NCBI GenBank assembly: GCA_964016885.1
Contig: OZ024746.1
Coordinates: 38,502,001-38,566,000, forward strand
Length of the DNA stretch: 64,000 bases
DNA from: Eledone cirrhosa
Taxonomy: Eukaryota
Direction: 5' to 3'
Each line of letters starts with the position of its first letter. Position 1 is the first letter of the stretch. The position numbers and the translations under genes are program-made. Shown here piece after piece: positions 15,585 to 30,057 of this stretch. The notes under the pieces were generated by a model. That model searched no databases, had not been told where the DNA came from, and saw only the letters and a list, made by a program, of their open reading frames with translations.

Positions 15585-16324
15585 GCATACATAAATTTAT
15601 GCATAAACACACACACACATATACATACATGCATACATACATATATACATACATATTGAGGTAAATAAGACAATTATCTATCTTTAAAGGATGATGCGTG
15701 TATTTATATGTATGCACCATGTTAAGCTTAAACTCTGTGTGTGGGGGGTGTCTGTGTGAGCGTGTATGTATACTAGGAACACCGCGTTTCTGGGTTTTGT
15801 TGTAAGTGTAAGTATGTGTACGAGGTACTCTCAAGAAGTTTTGAAACATGGGAATGATTTGTATTGTATCAATCAATGTATACAAATGCATGAAAAGGGG
15901 AGACTACTTTTTAAGATGAACTTACTTGATACGAACTTACACTGACATACATAGGCATGCGATTTATCTAATTTAATACAACGACAAAACGATAATCCCC
16001 AACATAATAAAGTAATGTTGGTATATGAACCAGCAATAAGCAGAGCTATGGTTGAAACAGTCTAGTGCAGCACATCCTGTCAGATACAAAGCCGTACTAA
16101 TTTTCAAATAAAAACGTTGTTTTATTGCCACTAAGATAACCAATAGTCTTTACTCTAGAAGCAAAATATACTTCCGTACCCTGCAATGATATAATAGATT
16201 CTGCTGTTTATTTACATAAGTAAAGTACTTATATTTGCCGAAGCCAGAAACACATGCAGTGACACGTACCAAAATTTACATTAGTGTATATATACATATA
16301 CATATATACATATATATATATATA

Positions 16325-16401
<77 letters not shown>

Positions 16402-16412
16402 TATATATAATA

Positions 16413-16545
16413 AAAAATTGAACAGGGACAGAACAGAGAGGCAGTACGACAAATGTTTATTAGCTTCACGCTCAGGAGAGTGGGGGGTAGGTGGAGGACG
16501 ACGTTTCGGGCATAAGCCCTTCTTCGGGTAAGAGTTCAAAAGGTG
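16413..16545 (-). mobile_element. Penelope-like 3' end with hammerhead-like core (16493-16531)
   Basis: CCGAAGA-a-gggc-ttat-gccc-GAAA-cgtcg-TC, stem I eroded. A related end lies at 13075-13150 (+). Confidence 0.7.
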
Positions 16546-16807
16546 TGTAGGGGAGTGGTGGAGAGATATATATATGTGTGTGTGTGTGTAAGTGTGTATG
16601 TATGTACATACATATGGCTCTATATGAATTTTTATTTTAGTACGTAGTTATTTTCTATGTTTTTCTTAATCTGTTGACGTCACATATTTCATTGTATTCA
16701 TTACATGTGTACCAGACTTATGTATTGTACATATGTTATTCAGAACACGATAAGTTTCTTACTAATAAGTTCTTTAATATTTTATTTAATTGTTATATTA
16801 CTGGACG

Positions 16808-16839
<32 letters not shown>

Positions 16840-16968
16840 TAGACCACCCGTTGGGTCACGTTCATTTACAATTATTTTTTAGACCCTCATGTTCACTTTT
16901 AAATAATTAAAATACTCGCAGACATGTATATAATGTAAAATGAAATATGTGTGTGTGTGTTCGCGTAT

Positions 16969-17033
<65 letters not shown>

Positions 17034-17034
17034 C

Positions 17035-17077
<43 letters not shown>

Positions 17078-17094
17078 TACGGGGGGGGGGTCTT

Positions 17095-17330
17095 TCAGTC
17101 TATTCCCTCACAAACACTATCGCTTTCTCTTTATCTTTTTCTCTATTTATGAAGGAACCCGGATAAACCCCGTATCTCAAACCTCTGCTCGGATTTATCC
17201 GAAACATGTTTTATTCCATTTGCATTCCCGTTTCAGGGGCAACTTCCTTATAAATTATTTTCCCATCATGCGTAGTTTTCGCTGTATTAAATTACAGACA
17301 AGCACACAATCACAGAGTTTTACTCGTATA
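17095..17330 (+). mobile_element. Family D short element (second copy at 50477-50670)
   Basis: Both copies share ctctatttatgaagg.acccgga...cgaaac.tgttttattccatt...gctgtattaaattacagacaa. Confidence 0.75.
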
Positions 17331-17360
17331 CTCGTATATATATATATATATATATATATA

Positions 17361-17421
17361 AGAACCAGTAAGACCCCGACAGCTGAGCTCAAGCCGTTTC
17401 GACGGCTAATTCTGGACTTCG

Positions 17422-17422
<1 letters not shown>
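17361..17422 (-). mobile_element. 60-nt terminal fragment of the Penelope element at 58.4-61.3 kb (3' half of its hammerhead)
   Basis: Reverse complement gtccagaattagccgtcgaaacggcttgagctcagctgtcggggtc matches 61289-61334. Confidence 0.85.
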
Positions 17423-17484
<62 letters not shown>

Positions 17485-17847
17485 AGTTAATATAAATTAA
17501 TATATTTGATAAACACAAATACCAACATATCCATGTTTGTAAATGACTAAGTTAGCTAGATTGAAAAATACTAATTATAATAATACAGTTTGCCTGTCTC
17601 GATTTAAAATAATAAATCAATAAAAACAAAGTATATTGGCAAATGGCCGTGGTGCTTGGACAAATTTAAATTTCAAAATCAAACCTGTTCCGTAGACTGG
17701 TTTAAACCTTAAAATCCAAATAAGTTTCGAAAAATGAAAGTGAAAGAATACCGCATTTCTATCTCCTCAGCAAGCACCAGAAAAATTGGTATGTTTCACT
17801 TCAAAATATTTAAAAAGACTGTTTAGCGCACATGGTTTTTCACACAT

Positions 17848-17918
<71 letters not shown>

Positions 17919-18763
17919 ATAAGAAAATTAACAAAACAAAGAACGAAAAAAAGGCAAAACGAAAAACATTTTCTTAAGGGAAACCTTTCATTTTTTTAAA
18001 TAAAAATAAAAGCGAAAGACACGGAACTGCCGAGACTTCAGTTGTTGAGATGAATTTGGCAGTCTCGACCCCAACCATCGGTACTGCTTGTCCAACTAGG
18101 GTCACAGCGTCTGACACAAGCCAAATCGCAAAGACATACAAAAGGAAAGAAATAAATGAATAAAGGAAGAAAAAAGGCAAGACGAAGAAAGTAAGATGTG
18201 TTAAATGTAAATCATTGAGTTTATTAGAGGCAGAAGTGAAAATATGTACGTCACAGGTAAATAATAATAATCTTAAGATAATTAACAAAGATAAGACAAG
18301 GCAACGATCGAAAAACAATTTAGTAATAATGTGTGTGGGGAGGGGAGGGGGTGGGTACGTGTGTGTTCGTGCATGTGAGTGTGATCGTGTGGGGGGAGGA
18401 TGCGTGTGTGTTCGTGTGTGTACTAATTGATAGTACTAATCAATCTTAATAAACTATAATTTTATCATCTTAGTTCAGTCAGTAAGTATTCACATAAGAC
18501 ATAGAAGTATGTCTACCATTAAAAAATTATAAATTTTGAACTGCCAAGTACTGGTGTACACTATATACAGTAAATACATTAATAATAACAAATATTAATT
18601 GGATTACGTATATATAAATATCTCTATACGTAGAAGTAAAAGTGGGAAAAAAGATTTAATATATATCTTAAAACAAAGTACGTTTCAGCTTCAATTCTAT
18701 ATAAATTGATGTTTGATGTATGAGATTAACTCTGACACATCTCAATGGATATGTATGTGTATG

Positions 18764-18827
<64 letters not shown>

Positions 18828-19516
18828 TAAAGTGAGAAAGAAGGAAAGATAGAGAGAATGAGAGAGAGGGAGCAAAAGAGAGAAAGGGAGAGATAGGAGG
18901 AGGAGGAAAAAGGCAATGAATGATATATACATCTTACTTCACAAACGCACAATAATAATAATAATAATAATAATAATAAGAAGAAGAAGAAGAAGAAGAA
19001 GAATAATAGCCAGGACGAGAACAACCACAACTACCACATATCATAAAGTCTTTAGATTAGAAAACTGCTCATGAAAATCGCACATGTTAAAACTGATGAT
19101 AACAAAATCATGAATATTCACACATAAGACTACCATTGATATTTCCAGTTGCCTCAAAGCATGCACTCTATAATTAACATTCAGATGTCCCATTGTACAT
19201 ATCGACTTTATGTAAATTGCTTCTCCTCTCGCGTCATCCTTTACTATTTTGTAAATGTGCGGCATTTTAAATTAAATTACGTAATATTACCGACATATTG
19301 GTCAGTGTTTGAAAAATATTCAATAAATTTCTACATTTCAAATCACTTAACACAATCTCGATAGCTGGCATTCTTCTTGGCATTAAGAATTAAGAATATA
19401 AATTTCCTTTTAGATCTCTAGAATTATTATAGCAGATACACTTGCAACGTTCAAAATTAAAGCATTTCTTTCACTTTGCTGTTTTACTTTCATATTTCCT
19501 TTGCGTTCATGAATAG

Positions 19517-19590
<74 letters not shown>

Positions 19591-19681
19591 TCATCATCAT
19601 CATCGTTTAACGTCTATCTTCCATCATCATCGTTTAACGTCTATCCAAACGATGATGATGATAATGATGATATACATATAC

Positions 19682-19712
<31 letters not shown>

Positions 19713-19745
19713 TGTATGTATGTGTATGTATGTATGTATGTATAT

Positions 19746-20151
19746 GGGCGAGATGACCCCTTAGCCTTTGTCAAGGCAGAATTCTAGGAGAAGGAAAACT
19801 CTGATATAACACCTGCAACTCTGATGGTATCCAATGATGTTGACTTGTTCTTCTTTTTGGTAAATATCATCTTGGTTAAGAGAGTGGGACTGGCTTTGTG
19901 CAGTGCCTTTGCTCACTATAAAAGCTTCACGGCACAGGCATTGCTTTATATCTGGAGATCTCTCTGCACTTGTCGTCACATGGTACCATGGGCCTAGCAC
20001 TGTGTCAATAATTGTCACAGGTGTAGTGTTTGTACCAGAGTTTTTCAAGTCGCTGGCTGGACTAAAGTCACATTCGTTCAGTGCATTGGTAGGAGTTCTC
20101 CTACATGGATATAAAGTAGTGGCCGTACTCGAAAACGAGTTGGCAGCCATC

Positions 20152-20153
<2 letters not shown>
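19746..20153 (+). mobile_element. RTE-derived bipartite short element (family F), 5'-truncated
   Basis: High identity to 21485-22093 and 57405-57984. The 3' part encodes a decayed C2H2-like CSVCTRVFKSLAGLKSH and ends ggccgtactcgaaaacgagttggcagccatcat. Confidence 0.8.
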
Positions 20154-20220
<67 letters not shown>

Positions 20221-20223
<3 letters not shown>

Positions 20224-20414
20224 GTTTCTACTTTTGGCACAAGGACAGCTATTATCCCAGTGTATTATTGGTACTTTATTTTATTGACCGCGTAAGGATG
20301 AAAGGCAAAGTTAGCTTTTGAACTCAGGGATTTGAACTCAGAATGGCAAGGGCCATTATCAATGCGTTAAAGCATGGCGTCCGACCCTCTACCGATACTG
20401 CCAATCCACCACTC
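20221..20414 (-). mobile_element. Meta-domain SINE
   Basis: Full motif set on the minus strand, with a small internal duplication of tttgaactcag. Confidence 0.9.
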
Positions 20415-20474
20415 TTATAATATTATTATTTATAGTTATATAAACAGTATATACAACTATAAACACTTTGCTAG

Positions 20475-20521
20475 TGCTCTGATGATTCCAAACGAAAGTT
20501 TGGAAGAAACGATTGCCAGCA
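20475..20521 (+). ncRNA. Type I hammerhead motif (family C)
   Basis: tgct-CTGATGA-ttccaaac-gaaa-gtttggaa-GAAA-cgattg-CC-agca; perfect 8-bp stem II. The triplet is GCC here and GTC in sister copies. Confidence 0.85.
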
Positions 20522-20556
20522 ATAACATGTTTTAACATAGTTTTGGTTATTGTGTA

Positions 20557-21418
<862 letters not shown>

Positions 21419-21484
21419 TGTATGTATGTATGTATGTATGTATGTATGTATGTATGTATGTGTGTATGTGTGTATGTATGTATG

Positions 21485-22093
21485 TCAGGTCACCAGTTGG
21501 TGCTAGTGGTAACATGTATCCCAGTACAACCTGTCTCATGGTCGGGTCGTTGGCGACTAAACTGGCAACCCCACCAAGGTTTCTTGGTGAGGAGGGTGAC
21601 TTTGGACATCCTGCAGGACTAAAAACAAAACCTGTCAAAGGGCAAGGGAGCTCTTAAGACTCAATAGCCATCCAAAATCACCGGGAGAGATGACCCCTTA
21701 GCCTTTGTCAAGGCAGAATTCTAGGAGAAGGAAAACTCTGATATAACACCTGCAACCCTGATGGTATCCAATGATGTTGACTTGTTCTTCTTTTTGGTAA
21801 ATATCATCTTGGTTAAGAGAGTGGGACTGGCTTTGTGCAGTGCCTTTGCTCACTATAAAAGCTTCACAGCACAGGCATTGCTTTATATTTGGAGATCTCT
21901 CTGCACTTGTCATCACATGGTACCATGGGCCCTGCACTATGTGTCAATAATGGTCACAAGTGTAGTCTTTGTACCAAAGCTTTCAAGTCGCTGGCTGGAC
22001 TAAAAAGTCACATTCGTTCAGCGCATCGGTAGGGGTTCTCCTACATGGATATAAAGTAGTGGCCGTACTCGAAAACGAGTTGGCAGCCACCAT
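21485..22093 (+). mobile_element. RTE-derived bipartite short element (family F), full length ~610 bp
   Basis: Same 5' start tcagg as the 57405 copy; lies in (TATG)n. Confidence 0.85.
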
Positions 22094-22229
22094 GTATGTA
22101 TGTACAAAGGGTGAAAGAACTCATAAGAATCAACGGCGATCCAAATGTGTGTAAATATGTATATACACATGTAAATATGTATGTATATGTATATGTGTAT
22201 ATGCATGGGTGCATGTGTATGTATATGCG

Positions 22230-22558
22230 CGGGGACATAGAAATAGTCGGGCTGGACACCCGATCGCGCGGTTAAATCACTGGGACTGAAGGACCCCTAG
22301 CCTTTGTCAGGGCATTCTTCTAGGAGAAGGCAACTCAGTAAACTGGGATAACTCCGATATAAAACCTACGGCTCAGTAATTACCGATGATGTTGATCTTT
22401 TCTGTCGCTCAGAGAGTGGGATTGGCTCAGTGCACAGGCTTTCCTCACTTTAAAAAATATCTTCATGCACAGGCATTGCACGATAGAATTAATTAATAAT
22501 TATTAACAATGGTATATCGTGCAATGGCCATACTCGATAACGAGGGGGCAGCTATCAT
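22230..22558 (+). mobile_element. Shorter relative of family F
   Basis: Shares cctagcctttgtca...ctaggagaagg, gagagtggga, gcacaggcattgc and the 3' ggccatactcgataacgag...cagctatcat. Confidence 0.7.
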
Positions 22559-22625
22559 GTATGTATGTGTATATATATATATATACATATATATATTTAT
22601 GTATGTATATGTGTATATATATATG

Positions 22626-22668
<43 letters not shown>

Positions 22669-22671
22669 AAT

Positions 22672-22883
22672 TTTTTCTGATTTAGGCACAAGGCCAACAA
22701 TTTGGGGTGAAGGGAAAGTCGATAAATCGACACCAGTGCATTACTGGTACTTTATTTTATCGACAATAAGTATGAAAGGCAAAGCAACCACGGCGGAAGT
22801 TGAACTCAGAACGTAAAGGGCCATAACTCTATGATACAAATCATAGCGTCCGACCTCTACCGATACTGCTAATCCACCACCCT
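22672..22883 (-). mobile_element. Meta-domain SINE, longer 3' variant
   Basis: SINE motifs plus an extra gtcgatttatcgactttcc segment. Confidence 0.85.
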
Positions 22884-23039
22884 ATAATAATTGGAATAGA
22901 AATAATAAGAAAAAGGAAGGAAGAATCGATTAGCCCAAGGTTCAATTGGTATTGATCGCGCCCGACTTTGGAATGGATAGCTCTTCTGACTCGTGGATAA
23001 TGATGTTATATGATACTTCGTTCCTGATCCTTTATTATT

Positions 23040-23744
23040 TGGATTGGCAGTATCGGTAGAGGGTCGGATGCCATGCTTTGACGTATAGAGTTACGGCCCT
23101 TGCCATTCTGAGTTCAAATCCCGTCGAGGTTAACTTTGCCTTTCATCCTTACGGGGTCGAAAAATAAAGTACCAGTAATGCTCTGGGTAATTGCTGGCCT
23201 TGTGCCAAAAGTAGAAACAATTATTATTATTACATCCGGTAGGGCGGTGAATTGGCAGTATCGGTAGAGGGTCGGACGCCATGCTTTCCAGCAAAGTTAC
23301 GTCCCTTTGCGGTCTGAGTTCAAATCTCGCCGAGGTTAACTTTGCCTTTCATCCTTACGGGGTCGATAAAATAAAGTACCAGTAATGTACTGGGTAATTG
23401 ATGGCCTTGTGCCAAATGTAGAAACAAATATTATTATTACATCCTCTGTTTCTTGTTTTTTAAACGCAGAAATGCCCACTTGTACCGTCCTGTATTGTCC
23501 TGTACTGTCCTTAATGTCTGCTTTATGTAAACCCTTGTGGTTAATAAAGAAAACATTATTATTATGGACAGTATTGGTAGAGGGTCGGACGCCATGCTTT
23601 GACGCATAGAGTTACGGCCCTTGCCATTCTAAGTTCAAATCCCGCCGAGGTTCACTTTGCCTTTCTTCCTTACGGGGTCGATAAAATAAAAAACCAGTAA
23701 TACACTGGGATAATTGCTGGCCTTGTGCCAAAAGTAGAAACAAA

Positions 23745-23745
<1 letters not shown>
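23040..23745 (+). mobile_element. Three head-to-tail Meta-domain SINEs (23040-23222, 23241-23430, 23566-23745) with (TTA)n tails
   Basis: Three near-identical copies; the middle one is flanked by a duplicated ttattattacatcc. Confidence 0.9.
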
Positions 23746-23783
<38 letters not shown>

Positions 23784-23784
<1 letters not shown>

Positions 23785-26700
23785 TTTGTTCTTTGAGTCT
23801 CAGTCATTGATGTTATTTAACTGGAATGTTTGTTGAAATGAATATCAAGCTGCTACCTGCAGCCTCAGATATTCAGGACGTATCGGAGGGTTCTTGCTGT
23901 TCCCAACAAGCATGCCTTTTGAAGTGTTCCAAACAGCGGGGCTGGACTAATCTTCTTTAACCATCCCTGGAAACTCTTTGAGATAGTACATAGTGCGCCT
24001 ATGACAATCGGGACCACTTTGACCTCATCGCAGTTCCAAATCCTTTTTACCTCCCACTTAAAGTCCTGGTATCGGTTAATGTTCTCCCTCTCCTTCTCTT
24101 GCACTCTCGTGTCGAATAGGCAGGCCACATTCACAATCAGGCACGATCTTTTTTCCTTGTCCAAAACCACCAGGTCAGGTCTATTGTGTTCCAGTTTCTT
24201 GTCCGTCTGTATCCTAAAATCCCACAGCACCTTCACCTGATCGTTTTCTATCACCGACTCTGGCTTATGCTCATACCACTTCTCAGAATGTGGTAAATCG
24301 TTCACTTTGCATAGGTGCCAGTGGATCACCCTGCCCATCACATCATGTCTCCAGCCTTTATAGTGAGTCTGGGCTAGGTGTTTACACTCGGATACAATGT
24401 GAGCCACATACTCCTCTCTCCACAGATCCTGTACAGTGGGCTAGCCTCCTCCTTGTAAATATGGTGTTTCAACCACTTCGTTTTGAGGGCCTGCTCTTGC
24501 GCAGTCATTAGCATTCTTTCTGTAGCCTTTTAAGGTCTCCTCTTTTCAACCAGTTCCATGTCAGTGTATCTCTGAATTCAGTTTTCTCAAAGAAGGTACT
24601 ACGAAGGGATTTTTCATGAAGGCTGCTCTTTCTCCTTGTTGTTATTTCCTCCTTCGACATCCCCTGGTCTATTGTCCTCTCCTTCAGTACAATTCTGAGT
24701 ATTGGCTCCCTACTATCGGTCACGTATTTGTGAAGGTTGTTTTTCTCCATCTGAACACAGTCCTCTATGCTGATAAGACCTCTTCCACCTTCAGATCTCT
24801 TTAAGTAGAGTCTATCGACATCACTCCTCTTGTGGAACATGTTGTAAATAGGCAATAGCTTCCTCGTCTTCCTATCCATTTCTTTTTGTTCAGCAACATT
24901 CCATTTCAGAATTCCCGCACTGTATCTAATAATAGACACAGCTCGGGGATTTACTGCACTTATGGCATTCCTACTGTTCAGATATGATTGTAATACGCTC
25001 CTTACTCTCCGAATGTATTCAGATCTTATCAATTCCTTCATTTTTTTTGTTTTTGATGTCATCGGCCTCCAGAACACCTAAATATTTGTATCCTTCTTCA
25101 GTGTCAATTTCCTTTATCATCTCACCTGTTGGTACCTGGATTCCGTTGCTTCTGCTCAATTTACCCCACTTCATCACAAGGACTCCACACTTACTAATAC
25201 CAAATTGCATACATATATCATTGCTGAAAATACGGACAGTGTCAACAAGCACATCCAACTCCTTCTCACTCTTCCCGAAGAGCTTAAGATTGTCCATGAA
25301 GAGGTGATTGATGGTAAGCTCTCCCTTTCCCAACTTGTATCCTGCTCTCACTTTTCGCAGTATAATGGTCAGGGGCATCAGGGCAAGGACAAACAACAGA
25401 GGGGACAGACTATCTCCCTGGAAGATACCTCTCTTGATCTTCACGCCTCCCAAGGATTCTGCAGCTCATGTTAACTCTGTTTTCCAAGACTTCATACATT
25501 TGCTCAACAACTGTCTGATGTTATCTGCCACCCTGAAGATCTCTAGGCTTTTGGTGATCCAAGAATGTCAAATGCCTTTTTGCAGTCTATCCATCCCATG
25601 GCAAGACCAGTGTGTCTCCTCTTGCAATTCCTCATTACCATCTTATCAATAAGTAACTGGTCCTTTGTACCACGGGACTTCTTTCGGCATCCTTTCGGTT
25701 CGTCCGGCAACAAGTTGTTTGTGTGCAGGTGATGGTAGATTTCCTCAGACACAATGCTTGTCAACAGTTTCCACATTACGGACAGACATGTGATAGGTCT
25801 ATAGTTGGTAACATCATTACCCTTGATTCGATCTTTCATTACCAGAACTGTGGTACCTTTTGTCAACCACTCTGGTACCTCACCTGACATCAAGCAGTTA
25901 TTGAACATGGTTGTCAGTTTCGGGTGGAGGGATGTTATATTTTTAATCCAATACCCCTACACACCATCTGGGCCTGGTGATTTCCAGTTGGTTAGATTTT
26001 TTGCCTGCCCCTTAAGAGTTTCAATTGTGATACTCAAATCAGTTTGTTGGTGTGCCTGTTCACTAATCTCCTTTTGTAATATCTCAATCCACACTGCCTG
26101 GTCATTATGTTTAACATCGTGCTCCCATATTCCTCTCCAGAATGTTTTAATTTGTTCCGCCACAGGGATGAAGTCGTTGCCTCTTTCTTTCCCTTCAAGC
26201 TGTCCAAACAACATCTTCTGATTGTTGTCAAACATGCGGTTCTGTCTATACTGACTGACTCTGCTCTCGTATCGACTAATTTTTGCACTCTTTGCTACAA
26301 TGCGTTGCTTCAGTTCCTCTATGATAATATTTAGCTTTTTCCTCCTAGTTTTGTACTTTATTTCCAGTCTATTTTAGTGTCTATGTTTTTTAGTGTCCCA
26401 TTCAGTAGGGACTCAAACTTTCCAATGTCATTTCTCATTAGCCTGATTTCACCATTCAGTCGTTTCTTCCACCAAGGCTCTGCTCTTTCTTGTCTGTTGT
26501 TTCCTCTCGCTTTTATACCAAGTAGTTTCCTCACCGTATTTGCTGTTGCTTTGAGGATATTGTTGCACTGGTGAAGGCTCCTCGCCTCAAGGTATGGGAT
26601 GACTTTGTTTACCTTAGCTGTTGTTTCTTTTAACTTTTTCCTATCTACAAATCTTAGGTTCATAGGTTTCCCACTATCATTGTTAATTTCATCTACCACT

Positions 26701-27360
26701 AAGTTTAGGATATCAACCAACTCTTGTCCTAGCCCGTCAGTAATCATCTCCTCAATGGCCGTATCTCTGTTCCAGGTATTATTTATTTCAGCATTCAGAT
26801 CATTGTCTGCTTCGGATGGCTCCTCCGTTCCCTCAACTTCTTCACCTTCATTTACCACTTGCTCGTTTGCCTGGCATACTCCACTCTCCATTTCCAACCT
26901 AATCTCTCTGCTCAGTTCCTCCAGTTCCAGCTCGCTTATCCACCCATTAGTTCTTATTACCCGGCCAATTTTTGTTTATCTAATTTAAATAGACCAATCT
27001 TGTTCCAGATGTTATGCATCCGTTTCCTATAGCCTTTTTCCTTGTGGTTACTCTTCAGGTAACATTGCATAACAGTTCTATTCAATTTTTTCGTCCAGTT
27101 GGTTCTGGTCCCTTTCCTTCTTCTCCTTCCTCCGACACCAGCAGTATTTGGTTGACAGCCATGTCCCTGCTGCTGAGCTAGGGTGCACCTGCTGGGTGAG
27201 AGTCTGTCACATGATAATCCAGTCTCCACTTCACCGTTATTCGAACTGTTTAGGTTCGACATTTAAACACTCTTATCGAGGATTGGTGAATGTATGGTTT
27301 CATAACCACCGGTGATTTCATCACCCCCGGTGATTTTAGTGTGGCACTATCACGCTGTAG
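23784..27360 (-). mobile_element. R4/Dong-clade non-LTR retrotransposon, near full length, frameshifted (RT + CCHC + restriction-like endonuclease)
   Basis: ORF pieces: NWKSPGPDG, NYRPITCL, RGIFQGDSLSPLLF, HLFMDNLKLF, YKYLGV, AHIVSEC..RHD, NRPDLVVLDK. 3' UTR abuts (TAA)n. Confidence 0.92.
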
Positions 27361-27654
27361 ACGAACATAAATAAACAAACAAACAAATAGGTACCCACCC
27401 CCACCCACCCAAAAAAAAATTTCAACATAAGTTTCTTTGTAATGTAATGTTTGAATGTCTGACTTAGTTTTTTTTTGTTTTTTTTTGTCTGTCTGTTTGT
27501 TTTTCTTTTTTTTTTTTTTCTTTACGTTTTTCGTTGCTGCAGTGCTGTTTTGATTTTTATTTTTGTTTTTTTTTATTTTTTGACCGGGTCATCAAATCAG
27601 TCTATTTATATCTTTTGATGCATTCCTCATTTAGTGGATATACTACGATGCTTG

Positions 27655-27812
27655 TCTTAGCAGGAGGTATTGGGAGAGAATAGCGGCGGTAGCGATAATG
27701 AGGCAGTGGTGGTGGTGGTGGTGATGTGCTAGTAGTACTTAACAGGAGGTAGTGGGAGAGAATAGTGGCGGTAACGATAATGAGGCAGCAGTGGTGGTGA
27801 TGTGATCGTAGT
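27655..27812. repeat. Two tandem ~80-nt units
   Basis: caggaggta.tgggagagaatag.ggcggta.cgataatgaggcag occurs twice. Confidence 0.85.
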
Positions 27813-28171
27813 ACTGTAGTGATGGTGTTGAAGTTGAAGTAGAAATAGAAGTTGAGGTTACTTCACTAGAGTTTTTGGCGTGGTAGTGGTGATGGTGGCG
27901 GTGGTGGTGTTGGTGGTGAAATCATTTGCCTGTCTGTCCACTTAGCCATTTTTCTCTTTTTCGACTATAACATTTCTGATCCAAAATTAAATATTAAATA
28001 TTGGGGCCCTATGCTGTAATGTGATGCGTTGTCGCTTGCTGAGAGGTAAAACTGTAATTTTATACTTCATTTGTAATAAGAATTATCACAGTTGTTTTAA
28101 ATAAGTAAAAATCAAAAACTTACGGGAGCGATTCCATAACGATATATATCCACCATGTGCGTTTTCTTCCC

Positions 28172-28202
<31 letters not shown>

Positions 28203-28346
28203 TGGCATTGTTCCAAAAGTAGAAACAATTATTATTATTATTACTAACTTTGCCTTTCAACTTTACTGGTTCGATAAAAGAAAGTACCAGTAATGCACTG
28301 GGTAATTGCTGGCCATGTGCGAAAAGTAGAAACAATTATTATTACT
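28172..28346 (+). mobile_element. (TTA)n tract with two SINE 3' fragments
   Basis: ccaaaagtagaaacaattattatt and actttgcctttca...gtagaaacaattattatt. Confidence 0.85.
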
Positions 28347-28653
28347 AACAGTAACGACTATGGGGGAATACAATATAGGCAACTGGACCCATATTGGAAT
28401 TGAATGCTCAAACTGATGGATTAATAGCAAATAATTGTTGCATACAAATAAACTAATTTGCCTAAGAGGATAACTTGTCTCTACCTGTTTTGTTGTGCCA
28501 ATGTGCACTGGAATGAACGGTATCGACATTAATAACCGAAACCGTAGTGATTTCCAGAGACCTACTGGATAGAGGAGACTCTCTGTCTTTTTGTTGATTA
28601 TTTTTGTCAATTTTGTTTTTGCAGTCTTTGTCCTGTGCGCGCCCTATTTTGAG

Positions 28654-28685
<32 letters not shown>

Positions 28686-28697
28686 TACATATATATA

Positions 28698-29420
28698 TTA
28701 CATATAATCAAAACTATGTTCAAAACATTTTATTGCTGACAATCGTTTCTTCCAAACTTTCGTTTAGCATCATCGGAGCACTAGCAAAGTTTAAACTTAT
28801 AATTAACCTCCTATTCCACAGAACAATTGTAAAGATACGTAGATATTACTGTTGTCATTGTCTCTGTCTGCTTAATATGCTTTTATACCTGTATTGTATT
28901 ATGTGATACCTTTGCCATACTGTGATATATATGCTTAGTACCATTGCTTGTTTTTTACCTGGTTATTCTATACACGCCTAATACCTCTGCACTCTTTCTA
29001 TACGTTTGCCTATGTACAACTAATGTCCTCATTTTGCGAGTAACTTTCTTCTTTAATTCCTCTATAATTGTTGTATTATACTTTTATAATCTTTGTCGTA
29101 TCCACTGATACTGGCCACATCATCTTCACTCTTTCAATATGACACTGATAATGACAACAATAATATCTACGTGTCTTTACAATTGTTCTGTGGAATAGGA
29201 GGTTAATTATATGTCTAAATTTTGCTAGTGCTCCGATGAGACCAGACGAAAGTTTGGCAGAAACGATTGTCAGCAATAAAATGTTTTGAAAATAGTTTTG
29301 ATTATTCTGTAATTTATATTCCGGCTCTGTAAAACATCTGATGTATTTACATTGAGCTAATTTTCTTACTGGTAATAAGGTGGTAATAAATTACTCACCT
29401 TTCCTGTTTATAATTATATA
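28698..29420. mobile_element. Family C fold-back: ~165-bp arms (28698-28863 / 29147-29312), hammerheads at 28734-28780 (-) and 29229-29275 (+), ~100-nt tail
   Basis: Both arms read tgct-CCGATGA-...aaac/agac-gaaa-gtttgg-..GAAA-cgattg-TC-agca-ataaa; the tail recurs at 42060-42150. Confidence 0.88.
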
Positions 29421-29619
29421 TAGTGTATAAATAATATTATTATTATTATATATATATATAATGAAAAAAAAATACATGTAAGAAAAATATCGATTTCTAC
29501 TCTTATATGAATTGTTTATTACAGGAAGAAGAACCAAAGACGTTTGTTCCATATATATATAAATATATATGATAAAATGACAGGAGGCTGGACTTGTGTA
29601 AATCCTTGAAAGGTTTATT

Positions 29620-29677
29620 ATACCATGATCATTTCAATGACCGGGTTCCGTATGAATCCGCTGATATCATCAGGTAT
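29620..29677 (-). ncRNA. Hammerhead-like motif (probably inactive triplet)
   Basis: atac-CTGATGA-(stem II region)-GAAA-tgatca-TG-gtat-aataaa; palindromic stem III. Confidence 0.65.
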
Positions 29678-29722
29678 TCGAAATATAATAAATGAATGTA
29701 ATATATAAAATATATTCAAACC

Positions 29723-29761
<39 letters not shown>

Positions 29762-29991
29762 CTACCAAAAGTTTACGGTAGTGTCCAATCCGTATGAAGA
29801 ACTCAATGTAATCCGGATATCATGAAAAGAGAAGATGCATTCAAAAACTACTTTCGGTGAAAAATAAACGGAAAACAGAATCAAGATAAATTAATAAAAT
29901 AATGAATAAACAAAGAAACAGTTGATTATATTAAATGATGAATTTTTTTTAATATAAGGAACTGTTTCTTTGTTTATTCATTATTTTATTA

Positions 29992-30057
<66 letters not shown>

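Noticed and set aside
16846-16950. Helitron terminus
   Set aside because: A tactag start and a partial second copy near 49970 are visible, but no diagnostic 3' hairpin-CTRR end was found.
18015-18120. Hammerhead-like fold on the minus strand
   Set aside because: Stems II and III are plausible, but the core reads CAGACGC/GAGA and stem I does not pair; too eroded to call.
19588-19670. Small (CAT)n/(GAT)n palindrome as a novel element
   Set aside because: It looks like duplicated, very short retroposon 3' tails; too little sequence to support more.
21485-21570. HDV-like ribozyme at the 5' end of family F
   Set aside because: Hairpins, a UCCCAG loop and CUAA are present, but I could not assemble the P1/P1.1/P2/P3/P4 nested double pseudoknot in the correct order.
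23040-23745. CRISPR-like repeat array
   Set aside because: Units are ~190-bp SINEs in eukaryotic DNA; no repeat-spacer periodicity or cas genes.
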